Source: Cycas panzhihuaensis (taxonomy: Eukaryota > Plantae > Cycadophyta). Taken from it: DNA of 64,000 nt. The notes beneath the pieces were generated by a model. It saw only the letters and a list, made by a program, of their open reading frames with translations, had not been told where the DNA came from and searched no databases. Positions 39,401 through 53,400 of the stretch are shown here, piece by piece (within the stretch, counting starts at the first letter, position 1; every line of letters begins with the position of its first letter). The position numbers and the translations under genes are program-made. The DNA lies in contig CM041465.1 of the NCBI GenBank assembly GCA_023213395.1, forward strand, positions 184,271,741 to 184,335,740. The letters are read 5' to 3'.

Positions 39401-40402
39401 TTGACAATGAGGTGGTGGAGGAGATAGGCTATGTAATAACACATTGTTTCAATATATGTAGGATGCGTTTTAATGTGGCTTATCCACCCTATTTTGAGAA
39501 GGTAGTTTGTGCCATTAATAATGGGTCTGCAAAATACATGCCTCCTTCCTATATGTCATTTTGTATCTACTTCGATGATGAAAAAGATTGTGTGGATAAA
39601 ATTGTGGCACCTATAGATAACACATGGAGTATTACTGTTTGTAGCATTATAATGGATAGTTAGATTAATGTGTCGAACATCACTGTCTTTTTTTCTCTTT
39701 ATGTTTCTTTTCTGAGCATTATTGATTGTATAGGGCAAGTGAAAAATGTTAAATTCTAGAGTTAGGTATTATGTAGCCATCAATTAGGTTAGTGATGTCA
39801 ATGTGTGTAAGCTATCAAAGATATTGCTCTAGTTTATAGAGTTGTAGCGATGCTGGTGCATAATATATATTTGAATATTTTTTACACCCCTTACATGCAT
39901 TAAATAATGCATTGAAAGATATTGAAAAAATAGATTGGATAGCAAAGTTGATTTTGTACAGGGGAGCCACCTAGATGTTCTTCGACAACCACTACTAGGG
40001 ATATGCATTCTATCATATGTATATGCAAATATATTACTCAAACTAGCAAAAACGATTTGCATCTTACTATATCTTCTTGTGATGGTTGGCGGAGGTGAAT
40101 GAGGCACTAGCACACAATGTTTTTAGCAATGAATGGAATGGATAGAAATCATGGACTTGAGAGTAGGGGTTGAATGCTAGATCTTTTATTGTTGATAAAA
40201 CATTTTGGACTCATTTAATTCTTGGGTTTTTTCTCTCATAGCTCCAAACCAATGTAAAATGGAAGTATAAAATTGAATCTAAAGGTCCAATGTGATAGTG
40301 GGCAGGGCATATATTCTACGCTTTGGTGGTAGCTATGGTGTAATAAAGGCTATGGAAGCATTACTCCTGAAAGGCAGTGATTTAGGCTTTAATTCCCAAT
40401 CC

Positions 40403-40482
40403 CCTATATAGTGTAATTTATTATTGTTTAGGTCTATAAACTCCTATATAGTGTAATTTATTATTGTTTAGGTCTATAAACT
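40403..40482. repeat. Perfect 40-bp tandem duplication
   Basis: cctatatagtgtaatttattattgtttaggtctataaact occurs twice in tandem. Confidence 0.95.
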
Positions 40483-40755
40483 ATGGATATGTATGAACCG
40501 AGTTTGGGCTTTTTATTAGATAGTAGCCAAGAACACTAGAGAACTTAAGATATTTTTGAGTGCTTAGGATCCATAAGACTATGGATTATTACTTTGCATA
40601 TAGGTTTTGTGGAAAATGCATCAAAGTAATGGGTATCTTCAATGAGTAAATAGGAATTAGTATGCTAGAGGGTCAACATCAAAGGGAACTAAATGGAGGT
40701 TAGTGACTAGTTGTAATTTTTTTTTGCTATAGGAATAATAGATTCAATAAAATAT

Positions 40756-41448
40756 CATAATGACTTTGTTAGAGAATGGGCTTTATACCATGTTAGAATA
40801 TCATACACAAGATAGGAGCATAAATAAGTGTATTAAGAAATAAATGTATAATCAAGTGAAATCATGAGACAGATTTATAGTGGAAAACCTAAGAAGGATA
40901 AGACCACTCTTTAATGTACTAGGTCTTTTATTAATCAACTTGATCACAAATTACACATGCCTTGCATCTCTCTTGCCCTTAATCCTTTTAGATCTTGGGT
41001 GCTCATCTCTCCACTTAATACAAAGTATTTAATATCGTTTATAGAGTTTTCATCACATAATTAACCAATCACATAATGACTTAGTTAGAGAATGGGCTTT
41101 ATACCATGTTAGAATATCATACACAAGATAGGATCATAAATAAGTGTATCAAGAAATAAATGTATAATCAAGTGAAATCATGAGACAGATTTATAGTGGA
41201 AAACCTAAGAAGGATAAAACCACTCTCTAATGTACTAGGTCTTCTATTAATTAACTTGATCACAAATTACACATGCCTTGCATCTCTCTTGCACTTAATC
41301 CTTTTAGATCTTGGGTGCTCATCTCTCCACTTAATACAAAGTACTTAATATTGTTTTATAGAGTTTTCATCACATAATTAACCAATCACATAAGGAAATA
41401 TTAAATTACTACTTAATATCTTCTAATTTCACTTAATATGTTCCAACA
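40756..41448 (-). repeat. Copia-type LTR (41107-41448) with PBS-like flank, preceded by a 316-bp tandem duplicate
   Basis: 40756-41071 repeats at 41072-41387; gctttatacca then TGTTAG...CCAACA. Confidence 0.8.
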
Positions 41449-43749
41449 AACTTATGGTGAATGTAAGTTCTAATCTTAGTTGATTTTATCCTTAATAATT
41501 ATCCTTGAACAAGGGTTTTGGCAAAGATCAAGATGAGATATGCTATAAAGAAAAAGTGGCCCAATCAGTAGCACTAATTATAGAAACCTTTAACTAAGAT
41601 TATAAACATTAAAATCCATGATCAATCCATATAAATGAATATAAACATTAAAATCTATGATCACCATATCCATGCTATTTAGGAAAGTATCCAGTTGATT
41701 ACTATTAGGTTTTATCTCTAGTGCATGCAAGAGGGTTTTGAGTTTTAATTAGTAAATCCAATAATGGAAAATAAATATAAAAGTTTGCAATGGCTCAAGT
41801 AATCACATATATCTCAAGATTTTTTGTTTTCTTTCTTTTTTTAGGTGGGAGAGGAGGGGGGTTCTTTTCCAACATTAAACTTTTTTAGTTATCGAAATTG
41901 GTATACTTTGTAGATTATTTTGACATGAGGTGATAAGCCTTTTTTTTTAGGCCAATCTTTATACATTAAATTTATCAGATTTTGAAGTTTTTTTTTTTTT
42001 TTAAATTTTATTTCCTAGATTTCCTAGTGCCACCTACTATTGTTATGTATAGAAGAAGTAAGGGTATCGATTATTTTTGTTTGAGGTCATAATTGACCAA
42101 AATTTGTGAGTGTCTTATAGTGACACACCTGACATTATCCTCTATTCTATAAATTAGAATAATATCTAGTAGGCAAGGAAATATACAAAACTCATATATT
42201 GGAGTACAATTATAATAAGCAATCATTTTGCAAAGGCGATGGAACAAAGGAAGGAAGATGAGTTCAAAGAGGATGGAAAAAAGGAAGCACAAAATTCAAT
42301 AGCATATTCCTATTAATACTATGGGTTAGCCCTTACATGAGTAGAGAAGGCAATGTAGATAAGACATCTTGAAGAAGTGCACAAATTAGGAACAAAAGTA
42401 GTACAACACATGTAAGAATAAGATGTTAAAAAGGAAGATCCCACTTATAAGAAATATGATATGCATGAATCATGCAATCAAAGTCCATATTAAAGTAATG
42501 TAAAGATTAATCAACCATAAATTAGAGCAATGTATTAAGCCAATTGTAGTAATTGTTGTGAGTTTAAATCCTACTTTATATTCATCCATTTGTTTTGGTA
42601 GTCTTATAGTTAGTAATGAATTTCCATTTTACATAGCCCTAGAGAATCCCACATATCAGTTTTTCCAATAGTCCACAAGTGATACCAAGCCTAAGCTCCT
42701 CAACTCCAAACTTTTTCTAGGTGAAATCACAATCTCTTTTGAGAGTAACCAACACTCTTCTAACTTATACCAGAACTTATCCACTAAGGAATCACCAAAT
42801 GAATGCATAAATCCTTCTTATTATCATGATTTCCCTCTTTGTCTTACCAAACCCCCACTCTCTTTATTCCTATGTTAGTTAATGTATATTTATCTTGTCA
42901 ATATAACACCTTAATTTCTCTCTCTCCACCTCCCATATTGTCATGTAAGGAACATCTTCATCCCCCATTATATCTTTCACTCATCCTTATATACCACCAT
43001 CTATGTCTCTCCTATATGGGACTATTAAAATTCTTTTCTCATAAAGAATACTTGTTCTTGATTCCCTATTCATCCCCTATAAATTCTTTATATATGTTAT
43101 TTCATAAGCTTATTTATGAGCTACATATATCTTATGCTTCATCCCCTATACTGTGATTCTTCTTTCTTACACCTTCCCTTATCTTTTTAATAATCATCTA
43201 CACATACTATTACTCTTTAAGTTTCACTCATGAACCACATCCATCTTACCTTTTATCACCTATACCATCATTCTCATTTCCCATGCATCTCTCTTATGTA
43301 TCCCTAGTAATTATCTATCCCCTATTTTACATCTCCCATTCTATTTCTTTATAGATACTACTCCCTAGTTTTGCTTCTAATATAATTTATTATTATACTC
43401 TATCCCTCTCGTTTCTCATATCTTTCTCCCTAATAGGTGTCCATATAAAACTCCCATCATATCACTTACCCCCTATTATATTTTTCTCCCATCCCTACTT
43501 GACACCTACACTTTAATACTTATTTTCGATGTCCTTATCTCTTATGTCCATAAAATTCTTATCGTTCCCCTTACCAACCCTACTTCAATTTCCATCCCTT
43601 ACATCCCTCTCTCTTATATATATAAAATACTTAATACTATCTCCACCTTTAACTAAGTATTCTCCTACAAATCCTCCATAAGTGTTTCCCTTAGTTTCAC
43701 TTCAAGCATACATAATCTTTGTTAGAATTTTGTATATATCTTAATATGA

Positions 43750-45400
43750 TGTTAGAAAATTTGGATTAAATTTAAAAGATATACTATAATCAAATATTCA
43801 TATCAATGTATATATATATTTATCACTATGGAAGTATCATAAATCACATGATCAATTAAATAAGGATAATCAACAATATGTAATAGGGTATTCAATCATC
43901 AATCCAATGTTACTGACACATGATATTTATATTAAAAAAAATCGTTGAATGGGAAAAATCACATTTCAATGATATATGAGATATTATTAATATAAAATGG
44001 TGTGTAATATCAACATGAGTCATCTTAGTCTCTAAAGGTAAACTAGGTGGACTAATTTATGCTTATATAGAATTTGTCACATCATTATGGACCAATGATA
44101 TATCATTGTACATCTACTAGTAAGATCATGTGTAAGAACCTATAAGTCTTCTAATGATTTTATAACAACCTAGTGAGCATTTGCATAATATTTAAATGTT
44201 ATTGACATAGACACAAGCTTAAAAGAAAATTTCTAATAAATCTTCACCATAATTTGATGATTATTAATTAAACATTATTTTCAACACTCCCCCATTATAT
44301 TTAATTTATGAAACTTCATAATTCTTTTTTTAATCTTTAATAAAATATGTTAGATAATTTGCCTATCTCTTCTCATCTCTCAATTCTTGAATTCCCTATA
44401 AATATCAATTAATCATTATTTTCCTTTAGTGTTTGTCTTCTTGTAAGTAATTGTCACCACTTGTAAATCATCAAATATGATTCATAAATCATCATGACAT
44501 ATAAAAACTCAACCTCCGTAATCCTCCATTTGTAAGTTGTATAAACTCATCAATTCATTAAGATACCAATCCATTGATGTCCATATAAAATTGCAATCAT
44601 CTACTAGAATATAGAGGGAACTAACCTTATAATTCCTAATTAACTAAGAAATGGTTCATATACATAGTTCATCAACTTCATTAACAAATAACACAATTTA
44701 GAAATAAGCTAAATTATTTGTCCAAACAAATATTTTTCACTATTCTCAATATTGATTTTTAAGCCACAAAACTATTATCTTTATGAGAAATCATTCTTGA
44801 GGTTATAGGACAATCATTCAAACCATTCTTTTTTTGCAACTTTCTTAGTAACTAATATCTTAATTTCATCATTAGTTATTATACCAAAACTTAAGGTTTT
44901 GACTTACCCTCAACTAACTCTTAGGTTCATGGTTTGTACCTAACCATCTTTTGGCTTTTATGGCTTACTTGTAACCCTTGTTGCCAAATACATCACATCT
45001 ATACAAATTTGAGATACAAATCCTAAGAGCAGACCATATTGTCTAACCAACCAAACTTACATTCTACAACAATTCCCATCTTCACATATAATCCTTTTGT
45101 TATCTAGTCTCATCTTATGTGCTTCTTCATCATCGACTCTCTTTCATCAAAAAAACATATCAGAGGTGGTTTTCTTAGCCATATTAAGTAATTAAATTAT
45201 CATAGTTTACCTAACTTTTTGCTAGCTAAATCACTTTATCAAATGTTTTTTCTTCTTGAAGGCAACTATCAATCATTCTAGCATGACCATTAAATAATTA
45301 CTCTCTTTCTTTCTCAACATAAAATTAGGCTATTAAATGCTTAAAAATAAATCAATAAAATTTTCTTTATTTTTTATTATTTTCCACTCAAATATACATC
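43750..45400 (-). mobile_element. Very decayed Copia-like remnant: LTR to 44286, PPT, internal debris
   Basis: TGTTAG...TCAACA followed by ctccccc; no partner LTR or TSD. Confidence 0.45.
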
Positions 45401-47077
45401 TACAATCATCAAAATATATCTAGGAACCTATAAAACATTAAATTAAGTGAAAATATGCCTTTGAACTTTCAAAAAATGAACCCATAAAACTATTAATTTC
45501 TACTTTAGTCAAATTTGACAATAAAAAATTTCATTAAATATTTACCAAAAGGGTTTATGTGACCACTTATTTTAAAGCTATTGGAGTCTACTTTTTAATG
45601 CAACTTATAATTTTGAAATATAACTTTATATATGAAAATTGTCTAAGTATGTCATGTAAAAATCAACTTGAGGTTAAAAATTTGTTTTGATAGATTTTGT
45701 TTTGGTCCTTGGTTACATGATTTCTTTTATATAACTATCTATTAATGGTTAGGGGCTAAGTGGCAGAGCTTAGAGATTTATTCAATGCAATTTAATTTTT
45801 TAAAAGCTTTATAAAATTAAAATTTAATTAACAAATTTAAAATTTCAATGATGTAGGGCTTATATATGTTTTTAGCAATGTTGTGGAGGATTTGACCATG
45901 ATTCTTACAGATTCTAGAATATATGATTACATTTGGAGGAAGATTTGGACTTGTGAAGTTCACAAAAAGATCCTCTACTCTATATGTTTTTAGTCACCAA
46001 GTTTGGGTAATCTCAACAATAGGTTTGGATGCTCATTTAATTGCCACTCCTTCTTGTACATCATTTTATTCCATTTTGGGTCACTGATCCACTTACTATA
46101 ATCACCTCCTTTTAAGCTCTATACTAGAACACTACATTAGGCTACCCTTTAGCACCATTTTACCTTATTACTCACCTAATTCCATAGCAGGCTTCTCTAT
46201 GAGCTATATATCTAGTTTAAATTTATTGAAATGCCTTTCTACTAGGCTTTTCTTTGTTTATATTTTTGTAATAATGCCCTATTAATAGGTTATTCACTCA
46301 AGTGCCACTTTATTCTCTATGAATTGTCTACTAGAGTTTGGGCATTATTGCTTGGTTGTCACACTTATCAAGTCTATATCTTAGCAACTATCCATCATCT
46401 TCATCAAATAAAATGATGCCCATTTGGGGTTTTAACTTGAAGCTACCAATACACCATCTATCTTCATTATTCTTAGTTGTTATTATATTATTCTCTATGT
46501 TGGGCTATAACATACCTGTACATAGAGCTTCTAAGTACCCTCATATATTTTGTCTCAATGTACTATATATCTTCTTTTCATTCTACTAAGATATTACCAT
46601 TTTCTTCTACTTTACAAGTCGCTTGCCTATTCATATCTTTGTAATAGAGGGAATCTGCCTTTAACAAACCCTTAATTGTGAGGAAAAAAAAAAAAACATC
46701 ATATACCAAGAAAAATGGCCTAGAAAATCTCCACTATGACAACAACATAGGCCCATAAACTCTTCATAATATAATTTTCTTCTTAACCATCATATACGTG
46801 CATGGATCGTCTTTAGATGGTAAAGATCATTACCATATACATGTGCTCTTACTATCTTTCTTTCTTTTTCTCATATGAAAATGTATTGATGGATATTAAC
46901 TAGTTCTTCTCGCTTTTGTAGGGTATATAGGCTTGCATTGATGAACTCTTATTGTACTAGTAGCTACCAATCTCATGAATGAATCAACAATCTTACATAC
47001 TTAATAAAGACTATCTACATATATATAAATGTCTACAAAAACTTATAACATAATCTTACCAACGATTTCAAAGTTTA

Positions 47078-47081
<4 letters not shown>

Positions 47082-47139
<58 letters not shown>
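47082..47139. repeat. (CA)n(TA)n microsatellite
   Basis: Directly visible. Confidence 0.95.
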
Positions 47140-47488
47140 TACTAGTCATAGAGATATAATATAGGTTCTTTCAATCTTCCATGAGTTCCTCTTAGCTTTG
47201 GATAAAACTAGCTTAATATTGCTTCTATTTTCTTAATTTATGATTACTTTAAGATTGATATTCCTATTTCTTGATGCTTACTTCATTTTGCTCCATGCAT
47301 CCACTTGCATAGGCTCTTAAACTACAATCACCTTAAGATCTTATCACTCAGATCTCTAAATTTATAAGATCTACTATTGTTAAAAATAATCTGCGCTTCA
47401 TATTCTTTTTCTCGAGTAGATAAATATGCCACATTAGGTAGATTATCTCAAGAGTTGTATTCTTATTCTATTAGAATTAAAATGTGAA

Positions 47489-50400
47489 GCTCTGATACCA
47501 CTATGTTAGGAATAAGATGTAAAGCCAATATAGACCTAATAATAAACAATAAATGATGAGTGAAAGAATAATAAAATAACACATAAAATAATAAAATATA
47601 CATAAGTGGGCATAAAAATTAGGAAGAATAGCCAAATTTTAAATTATGTAAAGATAATTTATATAATTATAACGTAACTCACCACATGTGAGAATCTTAA
47701 ATGGTCAACTTTTATGTGTTATTATATATTTCTATGTGACACATAATTCAAAGTGGCCTATAATATAAAATATAAATAATATAAGAGAGTGTATGAATGG
47801 GTTCAATTATATAATTGGACATTGCATCCAACATTCCTCTCTATAATAAACAATTATATCATATGTAATATCATACTAAATAATATAAATTAAGTCTTTA
47901 ATTATTTATTAGAACAAAAGTTATTATAACAAAATAAATTATTGTTGACATCTATGACGTGAACTCCATCTGTCAGACTACATGGATAATCAGTCATTGT
48001 GATTATCAGTTAATTATGATACTCTTTCATGTACATGGTATAGTTAGTGCCAAGCCAACTACACCTTGGGAACATGTCTTACATGGTCGAATAAGTGAAT
48101 TGAAGAAAAAATACAAGAGTAGCTAAAAAGGATTCCATCTCTTACCAAATGGGATAATGTGAGTAATTCTTCAACATCTATGGGTAGAAATAAAATGTCA
48201 AATAACTCTATGGCCTTATAAGGGCACTATGGTCTTATAATTTGCCTTAATAGGTTTACATTTACCTCTATGGGCTATACAATATGCGACATTACATGAT
48301 ATATTGGCATAAAAATATGATATCTTTAATGATAATTTTGGCAAATTTAATAATGAATAAGATTCTTAAGAGCCTAAAATGATCCTATAACATGAATTTT
48401 TATATTTATCCCCTTATTTAGGAATATTATAATAATACAATAATCAACAAATAAAATGGAACCTTTAAAAATACATAAATGTACTTGATCATGACAAAAA
48501 AAATCATAAAAATCTAGGTTAAAAAATCATTTTACTTTGAGTTATATTTCCTTCTTTAAAACAACTCCAAATTTTATTGTATGACCTATTAAACTGAAGA
48601 GCTTTGAGTTGTGAATCCAATGCAACTGATGAAGTTATAATTGGAGTTTGTATGCTCAAGCTATGGTAAAAAGATGTTAATGTGACTCCTTAAGAGTTGA
48701 AAAACAGGGACTTAGCCCCTTTCGTTAGCAAACTGGTGGTCATGTGCAATCTCCATGTGACAAAGGGCTAATAGATTTAAAACTTTATGAATTTTAGTTT
48801 ATTCTATTTTTAGATTTAAAAAAAAATATAATCCTTTTATACAAATTCTCACGTTTGCCATACTTAAATTAAACATTTTGCCAAAAAAAAAACATTAATA
48901 TCAAGATAAACTTTACACTGAATGTTTTGGTTTTTTTTTTTCTTATTTCTTTTTTCTCTTCTAGCAATAATTGTCTATAATTTCTACCATGATTTATATA
49001 CTTGTCATGATCTTAAGGCTTTGTCCTTTGCTTGAGGCATTCTTAGCTTCTTCGATGTGTTGCCATTATCCATGCATTATTATCTGAGTCCTTGCTAGCA
49101 CATAGATCTATCATCTTCTCAATGTCTCTTCATTGTAGTCTATATTGGAGTCCTATTCTAGCTTCACACATTTTTTTCATATCTTTTCTACCAAGGGTTT
49201 TGCTCCATGGTGATGTCTCCATGCTTGTGTATGGCGAAGAAACCATTAACTTTGACCTCTTTGATGAAGGTTTAGAGAGAGGAGAATACAAATTGCCATA
49301 TGTTCCTCTACATCATAGGATTGGTGCCTTTGGCAAAACCTTCATATTTTCCCTTAGACCTTCCATTATATTTCCGAATAAAAGATGATTATCCCACCAA
49401 CTAGTGCTCAATAAATGCATACTCTAATAGCGACTAATATTATAGTGAGACTAATATACAAGAATGGTAGTTGTCAAGTGAAAGAATAAAAGATTCTAGT
49501 AGCCATACCTTATAACAAGAAGTGGATAAAGCATGATCTAGTCCATGGTCACGCTTCTAAAAATATTTATGATTTTTCTAAAGTAGGGAATAAGGATAAT
49601 AAAAGTCTAAGCAATAGCTCTTCTATTAGCCTTTTATTTCTTCTTTTCTAAAATTAATTCTATACTTTTTAATCATTAAACTAGAGGGTACCATACATAA
49701 TGCAATAGACAATGACCCTTCCTTTTTTGAATTGAAATATCTTTTAGGTTTTATATAAAAAATAGGTAATAGACCTCTATTTTCTTTCCTTTTTTTCATA
49801 ACTGCATAGAGATTTTTGCAGAGATGCATCACTAATTTCTTGGTTACGTTGCAAGAAGAAAAATTATATATTTTTTCTATATTTCTCTCTTTCTTTGGTA
49901 TTAATCATGCAGGGTTTTATAACCTACTACAAAAAACATATTCTAGCAAAAAATATGGCTTCAGATAACCACTAAAACATCAAACATTTTTGTAATTTTG
50001 ACTCCTTTTAATAGCAGACTCGTTGCTTTTGTAGGGTGATCAAGCCTATAATAGTGGAAAAATCTCTTCTATTTTCTTCTTCAAACAACAACTTTAGAAT
50101 ATCATTTTGTAACCGCCAATAACACACCTACATGTAAATTTTTAATGTGCCATATACACTTAATAATAGTCACAAAAAATATTTTTAACACATTAAAAAT
50201 GTTGTCATTTTTGCCATAAAAACTCTTTTGTTATAGCTTCAAGAATATGATCTATAACAACTTCATAACAATATTTAAATAACTTCGAAATAACCTTTAA
50301 TCATGACTAAAAATATGATGAAATAGCCCCCAAAGTTTAAAAATCTTATAAAATAATAGCCCTAGAAATGTTTAATAAATTTGTGATAAAATAATCCTCT

Positions 50401-53400
50401 AAAACTTGAAAAATCTTTTCAAAGAATGATATTTTAAGAGATCAAATTATGACTAAAAATAAGTTCTTGTAATAGTAAGAAAGACTCAAATTTTTAAAAA
50501 ATAGGCTCTAAAATAATCTATCCTTTATTAGATTTTAAAATGGAGTTCTAATACCACTATGTTGGAAATAAGGTATGAAGCTAATGTGGGTCTTACAATA
50601 AACAAGAAGTGGGGAGTGAAAGAATAATGGAATGAAGTATACGATAGATAAAATATGTATAAGTTAGTCACAATAATGGTAGAAGAATGAACAAACTTTA
50701 AATTATATAAAGATGATATACATACTTATAATATAACTCATTGTATATGTGACAACCCTCAAGATCAACTATTATATGCTGTTATGTATTTCTATATGGC
50801 ACATAACTCAAAGTGACCTACAATATAAAATACAACAAATATATCAAAGAGTATGAATAGGGTCAATCCTGTAATGGGATATTACATCCATCATTCTCTC
50901 CTATACTAGAAAGTTACATAAAAGATAACATATTAAATAATATATATAAGTCTTTAAATGTGTATTATATTAAACTATTATAAATAAACATAAACTGTTG
51001 CTAATATTTATATGAAATAAACTCCATCCACAATATCATATAGGTAACTAGCCATTGTGATTATTGATTAACTAGGATACTCCTCCATATATATAGTATG
51101 GTTAGTGCCAAGTCAGTTACACCTTGGAAACACACTATTCTACATGGTCAAACAAGTGAATTGAGAATAATGTAAGAGTAACATGAAGAAATAGTTCCCA
51201 CCTCTTACTAATATGGGATAATAAGTGACTATTATTAGCCACAATGACTAAAAATACATCATAAGAGATTCTATGGCCTGATAAAAGGGTACTATGGTAT
51301 CAAATCATCTCCATGGTCTTACAAACATATAATTATGGGCTTACAATAACTATTATGGGCTCTCAATTGCCTCTATGGGCTTATATATATCTAGCATTAC
51401 ATAAAATATGATATAAAAAATAAGGATATGACTTAAATATAATGAAAAATGACTCTTTCTAATAATAAATTTAATGTAAAATAAGTTCCCAAGAGCATAA
51501 AATGAGCATACGTAATAATTTTTACATTTCACCACCCTATTTGGGGTATATTATGTCAATATAATATATAACGAATATAATACAACCTTTAAAAATCCAT
51601 AAATATGCCTAAAAATGATGAAAATTTTATAGAAGTCTAGGTTGAAAGAAAAAAAAGCCTTGGACTAAAATTTCTACATCAAATCAACTCCAAAATATGT
51701 TAGGTGATCTATCAATTAAAGATATTTGAGTTACAATTCTAACACAACTGACAGAATTAAAAACAAACTTTGTATACTTAAGATATTATTGAAAAAGCAA
51801 TGACGACTCCTTGAGGGATGAAAAAATAGGGGCTTAGTCCTTTTCACGTTGAGGCTAAGGTCACATGGATTATGCATGCGATTAGAGGGCTGATTAGTTG
51901 GGGGCTAAGTAGATTCCAGATATTATTCAATATAGCTTGATTAATTTTTATAAATATAAAAAAGTTGTAATTTGCCTAATTCCATTTTTACATCTAGAGA
52001 CTCTAAATGAGTATATAATCTGATTAAATTTTGATTTAAACCTATAATTTTTTTTTTTATCAAACAAATTTATCTATGCTAAAAACTAAGGTTCACAAAT
52101 AAAATTTCTCTTGTCTTCATTTGTAGGTATTCATGGTAGCTATAATTTATAAATCAATATATAATGATGGTGATGGTGGTGGAAAATTGTAGGTATTTTT
52201 GCATGCGTTTCATATCTCATCTTTTGGCTTTTATCCATTTTTGTGTAGGTACCAAAAATGATAGTTGAGGCTTCGCCATTTTATTATTATGTGGGAGTTT
52301 TCTCTCCTAGTTAGTGATCTCTTCTCTACACTTATGTGCCATGTGCATGTAGCATTGCATGTCATTTATTTAGGGGTTATTTCAGTTTTAATCATGTGGA
52401 CATCTATATGCTTTGTGAGTCCTTTATGTCTTTCTTAACTTCTCTATGGCATTTGATGGGGTTTCTTTAGTGACTATCTTATTCAACATCTATTATTGCC
52501 ATAGTGGTCGAAACCCACGAGTTCTCCTTCTCTCTTCTACTTCATATGAAAATCCTTTTTTGGGCGATGTTTATTCCATGCAGGCAATTGTAACCATATC
52601 TTCACTTAGTCCTATTGTGGCTTGCTTGGGTATTCTCTTTACTAATTCTTCCAAGAACCATAGAGATCAAGCCCAAGTGCATAATCCCTAAGATTCAAAG
52701 GATGATTTTTCATACATAGACATTCTCTCTGCAACTTTGGCTAGATGACCCACCTTCCTTTTTTCTATGAAAAGCATTTTATTCATAGTGTAATACTAAA
52801 AATAATTCAATACCATATTATGTTTCTTCTTCCCTTTTTAAGATGCATACATCTAAATTTTTTTAGTACATTTCATTAGAGAGAAGAGGGCATTTTAGGC
52901 TGCTCATGCATACATTAGATACCAAATTTCATAAGAGAAAATAAGGCATTTTTAATCATTTTAAACAAAATATTTTTTTCATATAGTTTTTACTTTTTTA
53001 GTAAAAAATGTTACTGTAATACATATGATGGCAATAATTAAAGATAATTTTTGAATGGCCTTCTTATGGCCTTAAGAGTTAGTAATAGATTAGAGTGATG
53101 GGACATTTAGAGGCCTCTAAGATGAGATTCTAAAACTATAAAATATAAGATTTTCTTTTTTTCCTGTTTTTTTTGCATAATTAGGGAACCTATAGATAGT
53201 CAAAAGATGCCTCCATTAATTGTTGGATGTAACTCTTTTACAATTTGCTCACTAGCTTGTAAAGAATATACCATACACCACTTGAATAATCTTAAATAAG
53301 TTAAAAAAAAAAAATAGTGAACTTAAATACAATTTGCATGCATATATTTTAGGCCTACATGCAATCAATTACCACTATTTCAGGTTAAAAAAGGATTATG

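Larger units (their letters stand above)
39380..41750 (+). pseudogene. Decayed hAT-family transposase (DUF659-like region), interrupted by an LTR
   Basis: FNVAYPPYFEKVVCAI..G..YMPPSY, NTWSITVCSIIMDS and HALNNALKDI match hAT motifs. The 3' extent (hATC-like remnant near 41700) is uncertain. Confidence 0.75.
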
